Notes under the pieces: generated by a model
What the model was told of the DNA's origin: nothing
Seen by the model: the letters and a program-made list of their open reading frames with translations, nothing else
Databases searched by the model: none
Made by a program: the position numbers and the translations under genes
Shown: positions 1-8,825 of the stretch, one piece after another
Numbering within the stretch: position 1 is the stretch's first letter
Layout of the letters: the number at the start of each line of letters is the position of its first letter
Source: Nibricoccus sp.
Lineage (GTDB): Bacteria > Verrucomicrobiota > Verrucomicrobiia > Opitutales > Opitutaceae
DNA length: 64,000 bases
Assembly: GCA_047602425.1 (NCBI GenBank)
Contig: JASGHG010000001.1
Span: 4,416,001-4,480,000, forward strand
Direction: 5' to 3'

Positions 1-244
1 CGATGCGGCCACTCAGCCTAAGAGTCCAACCGCGATGAAAAACTTTTCCGTGAATTGGAACTTCGAATTGCGCGGAGGGTTGATCGGCGGTGGCTTGAAC
101 GCGGAGTTGCTGATGCCAATGCGTGCCGAGTTGCGCGCGCCAGATTCCCTGCGGACCATCGCCACCGTCGCGCGGGCCGATCACGAAGCTGGCGAAATCG
201 CCGACTCCGAGGGCTGCGGTGCGTTGTTCGAGGGAAAAATCCAC
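1..244 (-). CDS. 5' part of a gene running off the left edge; possibly DinG/YoaA-like helicase with an N-terminal PD-(D/E)xK/Cas4-like domain
   Basis: Hand translation from GTG at 244 is open to the edge: VDFSLEQRT...AQLGTHWHQQLR...FEVPIHG...TLRLSGRI. The G..H...Q / E / GRI(D) pattern resembles Cas4-like N-termini of helicase-c2 proteins. Not in the ORF track. Confidence 0.35.
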   Translation of the reverse strand, partial: MDFSLEQRTAALGVGDFASFVIGPRDGGDGPQGIWRAQLGTHWHQQLRVQATADQPSAQFEVPIHGKVFHRGWTLRLSGRI

Positions 245-770
245 AATCGGACACGTTCCAGCGCGACGGTTGAGGCGTCAATTCAACACGAAAAATATGT
301 CCTGATTGGGAGGTGAATCCCTCGAAAAGAAATTCAGATACGCGAGGCGGTTTTCGTCCGCATGAAAAAAACATCCCAAAAAAATGCGCGGAATTGAAGG
401 GATGTGAGAAACACCGGTGTTCGGTGTGATTAGAAACCCTTTCGACCTAAAGTAGATTTGCTGTCCGAACGCATCATGATTTTCCACCACCCAATTTAAC
501 TCCCGTACGATATATTGAGTAAACGCATCGAGCGTTAATAGAGGCCACAACACACCAACTGTCGGTATTCACGACAGTCATACACCACAAGAGCGGCCGG
601 TAAACCAGACAGCGTGGCAATCAAATCCCATGGAATTGCGACGGCTGGTTTTTAGACGGCAACTTTACCGATATTCCCCTGTTCGTTGCAGGGCGAAGGC
701 GACTGCCTGCATTCGGGCATGCGGTCCTCATCGCCGCCCGTCTTTGTTCCTACCCACACCCAATAACACC

Positions 771-3700
771 ATGAACACTGTAAACACTCGTTTGTATTCA
801 CAAAATCCTCCGCGGAAAATATTCCGTCGGTTTATAGTCGGCGCTTGCGCCCTATTGCTTTGCTTAACTTCCGCGGCCTTTGCCCAGCAGACGGGCACGG
901 TGAACGGCCAGGTGGTTGACGGCGCGACCGGAAAATATCTCGAAGGCGCCGAGGTTAACATTAGCGGCACCGATTTGCACACCACGACCGAACGCGATGG
1001 TCGCTTTACGCTCCGAAATGTCCCGGCGGGTTCGCAAAAAGTCGTCGTGCATTATCCTGGTCTCGATTCCGCCGAGACTGGAACTGAAGTAAAAGCCGGG
1101 CAGGGCGTCGACGTGCAGATTAAACTGGCGGCGCAGGACGTGATCAGGCTTGGCGAATTCAAGGTCGAAGGCACCAAGGAGGGCATGGCGCAGGCGATAC
1201 AACTCCAGAAGGTTGCCATTGAGAGCAAGCTAATTGCTGCAAACGATCAGTTCGGCAATATCAGCGAAGGGAATATTGGTGAATATTTGAAATTCCTACC
1301 CGGCGTAGGCATTGTATATAATTCCAACGATGCGCGAGGTGTCGCGCTGCGTGGACTTCGTTCGCAGTTCACAACAATCGACGTCGATGGCACGCCGATG
1401 GCGAGCACATCGTCGATGGCGGATAGCCGCCGGTTCGAAACCGAGCAGGTCTCGGCTAACAGCGTGGAAAAAAACGAGATCGTTAAAACCATCACGCCTG
1501 ACATGCCGGCGAACTCAACGGGCGGTTACATCAACATGGTGACAAAAAGTGCGTTTGATCGCCAGGACCCGCAACGTCTCGATTACAAATTTTATCTGAC
1601 GGGCCCCACATCGCGCCTTTCCTTGAATCCCCAAGATGGCACGTGGGGTAAGGGATCGCATTACGTAGTCCGGCCCAATCTCAATCTCAATTTCGCGAAG
1701 CGCATCACCGACAAGATCGGTTTGAATATCAACTATTCGCTTTCGGAAATTTACCACGACTCCCCGCGCACGGCTTATACTTGGAATATTAATAATCAGG
1801 GGTTGATGAGCGCGGTCGCTCCCGGCGGTCCGACCCCCGTCGTCATCGGAGGCGTGACCTATCAGAGTTACGGCACCCGCACCACGGTCGATGACCCCGC
1901 CTTGGTTACGTACAACATGAACAACGAGCAGAAGCTTACGCACCGCGAATCATTCGCAGGCAAGGTTGATTATATTATTAGCGATTCGACCAGGTTGTCG
2001 GTTTCCGGCCAATGGAACTGGTACGATCTCACATTCCGTCAACGCGGCACACTTTTCAATCTCGGCGCGAATGCCTCAGGCATCGTCAATCTCGTCGGTG
2101 CGACGCAGAATGCGGCGAATTCAACCGCCTCGACTGTCGCCGCCAATGGTTCGGTTGGGACCAGCGCGGGTCGCTCCATTCAGGTGAACGATAATCAGCG
2201 CAACAAGTACGTGACGGGTTATCACTTCAACACCACGCTGACTCATCAGTTCAACGACGCTTCGAAGGCGTGGATTGCAGCTTACTGGTCGCAGGCCGAT
2301 GGCAAATATCGTGACCACACCAAAGGCTACTTTTCCCAGGGCGTCGCTCAATACACCGGTGGCGTCGTGGGCGGTAGTATCCCTCAATATATCGTCGATA
2401 ACGTTCTGGATGACCCGAAGCATCCGTCCGTCCTGATCAATGGCGGTAGCACACCGTTTAGCAGTACGTTTGATAGAAATGCCTATGCATTGTTGGGTGC
2501 TGGCTTGATGCGTCTTCAACCCTTTAACGCCCTTGATACGAAAACCGGATTCAATGCGCATTATAAGTATACTTTTGACTCTGCAATTCCTGTTTCGCTG
2601 CAGGCTGGCGGGGCGTTCGACAAGACCGGTCGTAATATTCGTCGCATTGGTTTGTTCTCCACGAATATTCCGTACATTTCGCCAGTTGCGGCCGGCGTAT
2701 TGGAGGACAAGCCGGTTGACTATGGATTTGATTTTGGTTCTGGCAACGCGATCGACCTCTACAAACTATATGAAAAATATCAGGGTTTGATCCCAGGCGG
2801 CCGGGTTAACAACGACAATTGGCGCCGCTTCGATGAAGAGAATACGGCGGGTTATCTGCGGGCCGACGCCACCTTCTTAAAAGATTTGCTGGTCGTCGGT
2901 GGCGTACGTTGGGAAAAGCGCACGACCAAGGGTAAAGCGGCCAATTATGCGACGCCGTTAGGCCGTCTGCTCTCAACGGAGATCAAATACGACAATTGGT
3001 ATCCCTCGGTGACCCTCCGTTACACACCTAACCGCAATTGGGTGGTTCGCGCTGGTTTCAGTCGTACGGTTGGTGATCCAGACTACAGCGAATTGGTGCC
3101 AGACTTTACGGCGGCGACGACGCCGGCGGCGACTGACGCTTCGTTGTCGGCTCCATCGAGAGACCTGAAGCCGTATTATGTAAACAACTACGATGCCTCG
3201 GTTGAGTACTATTTTAAAAAGACCGGTGTAGTGGGAGGCTCTGTCTTCCGCAAAGAGGTGAGTGGGTTTATCATCAATCGTATTGTGCCGCTGACCGACC
3301 CGTTGATGGTTAAGGCAATCGCAGACTACTCTATAAATCCGGCTGATTTCGGTCTCACGACGACGGGCACGGTGCGCGTCAATGGCGCCAGTTCGGAAAT
3401 CAACGGCTTCGAAGTTTGGTACAACCAAAACCTCTCATTCCTACCTAAACCCTTCGATGGGCTTAACGTCCAAGTGAACTATACCTGGGTGGACATCGAT
3501 GCCGATGATCTCGATACGCTCTACGCGCAATACACGGATGCCGTGACTCGCGCGGTTAACGTTCGTCTGAGCTATCGTTGGCGTAAATTCCAAACCGCAA
3601 TCAGCACGAACTGGACAGGTGAAACGCTCACCACCGCGGCGGCCAATACGATCACCGTCACGAATTCAGACGGTTCAAGAACAGCCATCAACGTGCTCAA

Positions 3701-3914
3701 TATGTACAAGGCCCCCGAAAGTAAAACGAAGTTCGAGGTCAGCTATTCCTTTGATTCTAAGTGCACGGCGTTCTTCGAAATCGATAACATCGGTTATCGG
3801 CGCAAGGAATATTTCAAGAACGGACAGGCGCTCGGCCAAAGCTACAAGTTGCCCGCGACTTACTATGTCTACGGTGATCCGGTGGTCCGCCTGGGCATCA
3901 AGGGCGCATTCTAG
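771..3914 (+). CDS. TonB-dependent receptor with N-terminal carboxypeptidase-regulatory-like domain
   Basis: Signal peptide ending AFAQQ, GTVNGQVVDGATG domain, plug (EYLKFLPGV, LRGL, GGYINMVTK), beta-barrel and terminal Phe. Start moved from 630 to ATG 771. Confidence 0.93.
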   Translation: MNTVNTRLYSQNPPRKIFRRFIVGACALLLCLTSAAFAQQTGTVNGQVVDGATGKYLEGAEVNISGTDLHTTTERDGRFTLRNVPAGSQKVVVHYPGLDSAETGTEVKAGQGVDVQIKLAAQDVIRLGEFKVEGTKEGMAQAIQLQKVAIESKLIAANDQFGNISEGNIGEYLKFLPGVGIVYNSNDARGVALRGLRSQFTTIDVDGTPMASTSSMADSRRFETEQVSANSVEKNEIVKTITPDMPANSTGGYINMVTKSAFDRQDPQRLDYKFYLTGPTSRLSLNPQDGTWGKGSHYVVRPNLNLNFAKRITDKIGLNINYSLSEIYHDSPRTAYTWNINNQGLMSAVAPGGPTPVVIGGVTYQSYGTRTTVDDPALVTYNMNNEQKLTHRESFAGKVDYIISDSTRLSVSGQWNWYDLTFRQRGTLFNLGANASGIVNLVGATQNAANSTASTVAANGSVGTSAGRSIQVNDNQRNKYVTGYHFNTTLTHQFNDASKAWIAAYWSQADGKYRDHTKGYFSQGVAQYTGGVVGGSIPQYIVDNVLDDPKHPSVLINGGSTPFSSTFDRNAYALLGAGLMRLQPFNALDTKTGFNAHYKYTFDSAIPVSLQAGGAFDKTGRNIRRIGLFSTNIPYISPVAAGVLEDKPVDYGFDFGSGNAIDLYKLYEKYQGLIPGGRVNNDNWRRFDEENTAGYLRADATFLKDLLVVGGVRWEKRTTKGKAANYATPLGRLLSTEIKYDNWYPSVTLRYTPNRNWVVRAGFSRTVGDPDYSELVPDFTAATTPAATDASLSAPSRDLKPYYVNNYDASVEYYFKKTGVVGGSVFRKEVSGFIINRIVPLTDPLMVKAIADYSINPADFGLTTTGTVRVNGASSEINGFEVWYNQNLSFLPKPFDGLNVQVNYTWVDIDADDLDTLYAQYTDAVTRAVNVRLSYRWRKFQTAISTNWTGETLTTAAANTITVTNSDGSRTAINVLNMYKAPESKTKFEVSYSFDSKCTAFFEIDNIGYRRKEYFKNGQALGQSYKLPATYYVYGDPVVRLGIKGAF

Positions 3915-3948
3915 TCCCAGACGATTTTGTGTTGTGGTTCAGTTAGTC

Positions 3949-3985
3949 GGAAGCCCGCCTTGGGATAGGCGGGCTTCCTTTTTTT
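3949..3985 (+). terminator. Intrinsic terminator
   Basis: GGAAGCCCGCCT/AGGCGGGCTTCC stem followed by a T7 tract. Confidence 0.85.
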
Positions 3986-4180
3986 ATTCGAGAGACAAAT
4001 GATCGATAAAGTTTACGCGACTCGATCGCGAACGCGGGCGATTCAGAGTGGGGAATCGAAGCAGACAGTTTGTAACTTAATGGATTACAAACTGATTGAT
4101 AGAGCTAAATCAGCCGGATTCTTCGTGCGCGAGAGTTGAAATTTAGGGCACCGCACGTTTCCCATCGAACTCAGCACTGA

Positions 4181-4798
4181 TTATTCGAGAAGAATCTCGG
4201 TGTGGCCGCGAAGATAGTCTTCAAGGCGACGACGGAGTTTGGCGACGAGTGGTGGTTCGATGCGTTGTCCGGCGACGGGTTGGTTGAGGAGGGCAACGGC
4301 ATTTTCACGATCGGCTGCGGGAAGAGAGGGGAACCATTGTTCCTTCACCGGATAGCCTTCGTCCCGGCCGAAACGGTAGAGACTTTTCAGATAGACGATA
4401 TCGGGACGTTCTGTGCTCGCGAGGGCGGCGAGAGCTTCGCGGAAAAGCATGTAAACTTTCGCGCGACTTTCTTCGGGCACGCTGTTTCGCGCCAGCAAAC
4501 GAGCGAGATCCGAAGCTGCTTGTAGCACCTCATAGGTTCGGCCGAGGCCGGTCTGGCGGGTGAGCAGGCGCGCCTCCTTTGCGAACCAAGCTTGTCCCTG
4601 GTTGTTGCTTTCCAGCGTAAGAGAGACCTCGTCAAAAAGGTCGAGCGCTACGGCATTGGCGGCGGATTTTTTTGAAATGCGCTGCAAGACGAGCAACGAA
4701 CCATGTTCAGCAGAAAAAACGGTGAAGGACTGGAAGGCATCCGAAGGCGGACGTTTAGCCAACACAAAGGCGTCAGTCGTCAGAATCGGGCCAGGCAT
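4181..4798 (-). CDS. recO: DNA repair protein RecO
   Basis: N-terminal OB-fold pattern (TDAFVL..., FSAEHG, LDLFDEV) then a helical domain with EGY; typical size. Confidence 0.7.
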   Translation of the reverse strand: MPGPILTTDAFVLAKRPPSDAFQSFTVFSAEHGSLLVLQRISKKSAANAVALDLFDEVSLTLESNNQGQAWFAKEARLLTRQTGLGRTYEVLQAASDLARLLARNSVPEESRAKVYMLFREALAALASTERPDIVYLKSLYRFGRDEGYPVKEQWFPSLPAADRENAVALLNQPVAGQRIEPPLVAKLRRRLEDYLRGHTEILLE

Positions 4799-4828
4799 GA
4801 TAAGGAAATCGAGAGGCGGTTTGTTTTA

Positions 4829-4944
4829 ACCACGGATTTCACAGATGGGGCACGGATAAATAGGAGAATTTGGCCACAAAAGGCACAGAAGGCTCAAATA
4901 GAACTGGCTTTGGAAATCCGCGTTCATCTGTGAAAATCCGTGGT
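4829..4944. repeat. Intergenic inverted-repeat (REPIN-like) element
   Basis: ACCACGGATTTCACAGATG ... CATCTGTGAAAATCCGTGGT near-perfect inverted arms. Confidence 0.7.
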
Positions 4945-4957
4945 CAGGATTACGGAA

Positions 4958-5617
4958 TTATTGCGGCTTGTGTGGCCACGGCGGGACGACGGCGCCGCCG
5001 GAAATAACGAACTTCATGCCATCGCCAACGCTCATCTCGAGCTCGACGATCTCGTCTTTGGGGAAAAGCATGAAGTAGCCGCCGGTGGGATTGGGCGTGG
5101 TCGGCACGAAGACCGACCAGAGTTCCTGGCCGGCGCGAAATTGAGCTTCGCCCTGGACCTTGCTCGTGAGAAAGCCGATCGTATGAACACCCTTGCGGGG
5201 AAATTCGACGAGCACGACCTTTTGAAAGAGATTGCGGTTTTTTGTGCCGAACGTAGCGACTAGCTGTTTAACGGTGTTATAGACAGTATTGACGCCTGGA
5301 ATCGTTTGGATGAAGCGTTCGGCGAGGCCGCCAAAATATTTTCCGAGAACGTAACGCGAGAGGTAGCCGAGTAGCGTGATGAGAACGACGGCGATCAGGG
5401 TGAAAAGTATATTCCAGAGGAGAGCGTAACGGCGGAACTGTTCCGGCACGAAATTCTCCAGCAGCGGCCGGAATACGTCCCCAATGTTTTCGAAAAGAAG
5501 GGCGAGCACCCAGCAGGTGACGAAGAGCGGCGCGAGCAGTAAAAGACCCGAGAGAAAAGCGTTGCGCAGCTGCGTGAACTTGGAGGGCGGTGGAATATCT
5601 GGATCGAGATCGGACAT
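4958..5617 (-). CDS. DUF502 family membrane protein
   Basis: Two TM helices, IPGVNTVY, VLVEFPRKG, VFVPTTPNPTGG and ISGG motifs; likely start MSDLDP at 5617. Confidence 0.9.
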   Translation of the reverse strand: MSDLDPDIPPPSKFTQLRNAFLSGLLLLAPLFVTCWVLALLFENIGDVFRPLLENFVPEQFRRYALLWNILFTLIAVVLITLLGYLSRYVLGKYFGGLAERFIQTIPGVNTVYNTVKQLVATFGTKNRNLFQKVVLVEFPRKGVHTIGFLTSKVQGEAQFRAGQELWSVFVPTTPNPTGGYFMLFPKDEIVELEMSVGDGMKFVISGGAVVPPWPHKPQ

Positions 5618-5726
5618 GTCGGCTTTAGTGTCTAAGTGGCCGGAAGTATGGCCACAAAAACACGCAAAAGACACAAAAATGACGAGGCGCCGCGCCGCGG
5701 CATTTCAAGCTCGGACCTCCAAGCCC

Positions 5727-5855
5727 TTTAACAGAAGACAACTAAGGTAACAAAGTGCCGCTGATGCTCTTGGGTCGAGTTTCCAAAACGAGGCTTGGAA
5801 ACGGGACGCGAGAAAGAGCGGTGACTCTTCGTTTCCTTTGTTAGCTTCTGTAAAA
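5727..5855. repeat. Intergenic imperfect inverted-repeat element
   Basis: TTTAACAGAAG...AACAAAG versus CTTTGTTAGCTTCTGTAAAA. Confidence 0.5.
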
Positions 5856-5867
5856 TAGTTCGTGTTT

Positions 5868-6905
5868 TTATTTTGCGCTGTACATCGCCACGAGAGCGGC
5901 GCCGATTGCCTGGGAAAGTTCACCGAGGGAAGCGGCGACGATTTTCATGCGGGCGCGCTGTGCGGGAAAGAGATAGGGAGCGGCCGCCTCGCGCATCAGG
6001 CGCAGGTAGCGTTCGCGGAATTCCGGCGTGGTGGCTTCGGGGTCGATCAAACCGCCACCGATAATGACATAGCCAGGATCGAGCGCCATCGCGAGATTGG
6101 CGATGTGGAGGCCCATGGCACGGGCTTGGAAATCGAAAATTTCGAGCGCGAGGGCATCGCCTTTTTGCGCGCGGGTGCGAAGCGAAAGAACTTTTTCTTT
6201 GATCGGCGCGGTCGATTTCGCGAGCTCGTGATCGGGAAATTTTTTCAATGTATCCTCGAGCAGCTGAGGCAGGCCGGAAATGGTCGTGTAGGCTTCGACG
6301 CACCCCCAATCGCGGCCGCAACCGCACTTGTACGGACGGATACCGCCGAGCAGGTGCAGAGGCGCCGGCATGTGCGCGGCTTCCATTCCGGCGAGCGTGT
6401 CGCCGTCGAGCGGCAGACCGTTTTGATCCATGAAGGCGCAACCGAGACCCGAGCCAGGGGCGAGCATGAGGACGGAGGCTTTGCTCTTACCGCGGACTTG
6501 ATTGGCTTCGCCGACGCCGCCGAAGTTGCCGTCGTTGCCGACGACGAGCGGGATGGCGCGTCCGGCTGCGACGGCCAGGGCGGCCGCGTAGTCGGCGTGA
6601 AAATTCCATCCTTCGAAACTGGCGGGCAGGTTGGCAGTGCGTTCGAGCACGCCATAGCTCTTGTAAGGTCCGGGAATGGCGAGGCCGACGCCACGGACGT
6701 TGGCCCAAGTGAGTTGATGTTCGGCAAGAAAATCGACGGCGCCTTGTATCCAACCTTTCACGACAGCCTCACGACCGGCCTGGGAGTTGGTGGTAGTTTG
6801 TAGAAGTTTGTGTGAGACGATGGAGCCGTCGCGGGCCCAGATGCCGCCGGTCTTGGAAGTGGTGGCGCCGCTGTCGGTGCCGATAAAAACGTCTTTGCTG
6901 CTCAT
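5868..6905 (-). CDS. ROK family sugar kinase (glucokinase-like)
   Basis: IGTDSGAT phosphate loop, GLAIPGP, VGNDGN, GSGLG, E..H, CGCG..GCVE zinc motif, IIGGG, IGAA. Confidence 0.9.
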   Translation of the reverse strand: MSSKDVFIGTDSGATTSKTGGIWARDGSIVSHKLLQTTTNSQAGREAVVKGWIQGAVDFLAEHQLTWANVRGVGLAIPGPYKSYGVLERTANLPASFEGWNFHADYAAALAVAAGRAIPLVVGNDGNFGGVGEANQVRGKSKASVLMLAPGSGLGCAFMDQNGLPLDGDTLAGMEAAHMPAPLHLLGGIRPYKCGCGRDWGCVEAYTTISGLPQLLEDTLKKFPDHELAKSTAPIKEKVLSLRTRAQKGDALALEIFDFQARAMGLHIANLAMALDPGYVIIGGGLIDPEATTPEFRERYLRLMREAAAPYLFPAQRARMKIVAASLGELSQAIGAALVAMYSAK

Positions 6906-7221
6906 GGAGAAAAAGGAGACAGGGTGTGGGCGAAGGGCAAAAATGACACGCTTAGAGGACTCTTACGTTAGAGCAATGCCGCGATCTTACGATGTTTAGC
7001 TTCAGGGCCGATGGAGAACTTTTTCAGGAACGTTTCGAATTCGCGCCTGCCTGATTTTGACGTATTGCGCGGCGAAATATTCGAGCGATTTCTTTTGGCG
7101 ATTCGCACATCGCTGGAGTTTTTGGCGTTGTCGAAATGGATTCTGCGCTGCACCCCGATAGACGGTCGGAATTCAAAAACGCATGCCCGACAAAAAGGGA
7201 GAACGCTTCAAGGCAGCTCGT

Positions 7222-7794
7222 TTACGCGGACGGAGGTGCCGGTTCTTTGGGTGCGGGATTTTTGAACGAGTACCAGAGGTAGATGCCGACTCCGATACAG
7301 ATGCCGCAATCGGCAATATTAAACGTGGGGTAGACGTAGCTGCCGAAGTGGAAGTCGAGGAAATCGATCACGTGTTTGTAGACGAGGCGGTCGAGAAGAT
7401 TGCCGACAATGCCGCCACAAAGCAGACCGAAACTGATCTGCACGGTTTTCACGCGAAGACCGAGGGAGTGTCGCCAGAAAAAGATCGCGGTGAGTGTCGT
7501 GAGTGCGAGCAACGCGAGGATGGTACTCTTGCCGGTGAACAGGCTCCACGCGGCACCGGTGTTGCCGACGTGCACGAGGTTGAAAAATCCCGGTATTATC
7601 GGGATATGGTGCGGTGGTCCGTAGGTGCCGGTTTGCAGGGTGCTGACGATCAGAAATTTTGTTATCTGATCGAGCATGAACACACTGACCGCCAGGCTGA
7701 GCAGCCAGCGGTAGGCGAAAATACGTTGTAGCCTCGGTGCCGGGGCGGCGCCGTTGTCGGTTGAAGCAGGAGGAAGGGAGCTGATTTCGCTCAC
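7222..7794 (-). CDS. lspA: Lipoprotein signal peptidase II
   Basis: DQITK, NTGAAWS, GNLLDR, VIDF, FNIAD motifs. Confidence 0.96.
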   Translation of the reverse strand: MSEISSLPPASTDNGAAPAPRLQRIFAYRWLLSLAVSVFMLDQITKFLIVSTLQTGTYGPPHHIPIIPGFFNLVHVGNTGAAWSLFTGKSTILALLALTTLTAIFFWRHSLGLRVKTVQISFGLLCGGIVGNLLDRLVYKHVIDFLDFHFGSYVYPTFNIADCGICIGVGIYLWYSFKNPAPKEPAPPSA

Positions 7795-8792
7795 TCGTCG
7801 TCGCCGCCGGCGTCCTCGATCTTCGCGCCGTCTTCGCCGAGTTCGCCGAAGAGGCCGGCCGAGGAGCGAGTGCGCATGCGATTGCGTTCAATTTCCTTTT
7901 GGGCTTCGGCGGAGTAGCGAGTGAAGGGGACGGCGGAGAGACGTTCCTTGGCGATGGGTTTGCCAGTGATTTCGCAGGTGCCGTAGGAGCCTTCTTTGAT
8001 GCGTTTGATTGCGGCATCGATTTCCGTCAGGGCTTCCTGTTCGCTCGAGACGAGGCTGAGCGCGAAGTCGCGATCAAAGGTGTCGGTGCCGGCATCGGCC
8101 ATGTGCTGACCGTAACTGGAAAGATCGCCGGCGTCGTCTTTAGCGGAACGTTTGAGTGTTTCCTCGCTGTGGAGCGTGATGCCCTCTGTGAGATGGGTGC
8201 GGAGATCGATCAGGAGTTTATAGTAGCGGCGGAATTTTTCCGGGATGCTTTCAAGGTCGACTTCCATGGGCGGCTTGGTGGCGCGCTTGGGATTGAAACC
8301 AAGAATATCGGTCAGCGAGGCGGCCTTCACATGGTGAGGCTGGACGGGCTTGGCCGTTTTGGTGACATCGATTGTCTTGGGTTGTGTTTTAACGACGGAG
8401 GCCGGTTTGGCCTTGGAGGCATCGGAACTTTCCGGGGCTTTGGCGACGGTCTTGGCGATTTCGCGGACTTCATCGAGCGAGAAAGCGATGGGCTTTGAGG
8501 CCTTTTTGCTTCCAAGAATGCGGTTGCGGAGGAGTTCGCGGGCGGACTCCTTCTTGTCGTTGGCGGCGGATTTTTTGTTGTCGGAGGAAGGCACTGAAGG
8601 TTTGGGCTTCGGAGTTTCAGCTGATGCTGGTTTTGGTGTGGGAGCCGGTTTTGGCGCGGGCTTTTTCGCGGGGGCGGCAACAGCTTTTTTTGGGCCAGAT
8701 TCTTTGGGCGCGACCTTTTTGGCGGCGGGCGCAGCTTTTTTCGGGGCGGGCTTCTTAGCAGCTTGGGGCTTGGATTTTTTTTGCTTAGCCAT
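7791..8792 (-). CDS. TraR/DksA family protein with long Lys/Ala/Pro-rich N-terminal extension
   Basis: C-terminal HMADAGTD...IDAAIKRIKEGSYGTCEITGKPIAKERLSAVPFTRY. Confidence 0.88.
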   Translation of the reverse strand: MAKQKKSKPQAAKKPAPKKAAPAAKKVAPKESGPKKAVAAPAKKPAPKPAPTPKPASAETPKPKPSVPSSDNKKSAANDKKESARELLRNRILGSKKASKPIAFSLDEVREIAKTVAKAPESSDASKAKPASVVKTQPKTIDVTKTAKPVQPHHVKAASLTDILGFNPKRATKPPMEVDLESIPEKFRRYYKLLIDLRTHLTEGITLHSEETLKRSAKDDAGDLSSYGQHMADAGTDTFDRDFALSLVSSEQEALTEIDAAIKRIKEGSYGTCEITGKPIAKERLSAVPFTRYSAEAQKEIERNRMRTRSSAGLFGELGEDGAKIEDAGGDDE

Positions 8793-8825
8793 GTTAGATC
8801 GGATGGGGGTTTCGAAAGTTAAGGC

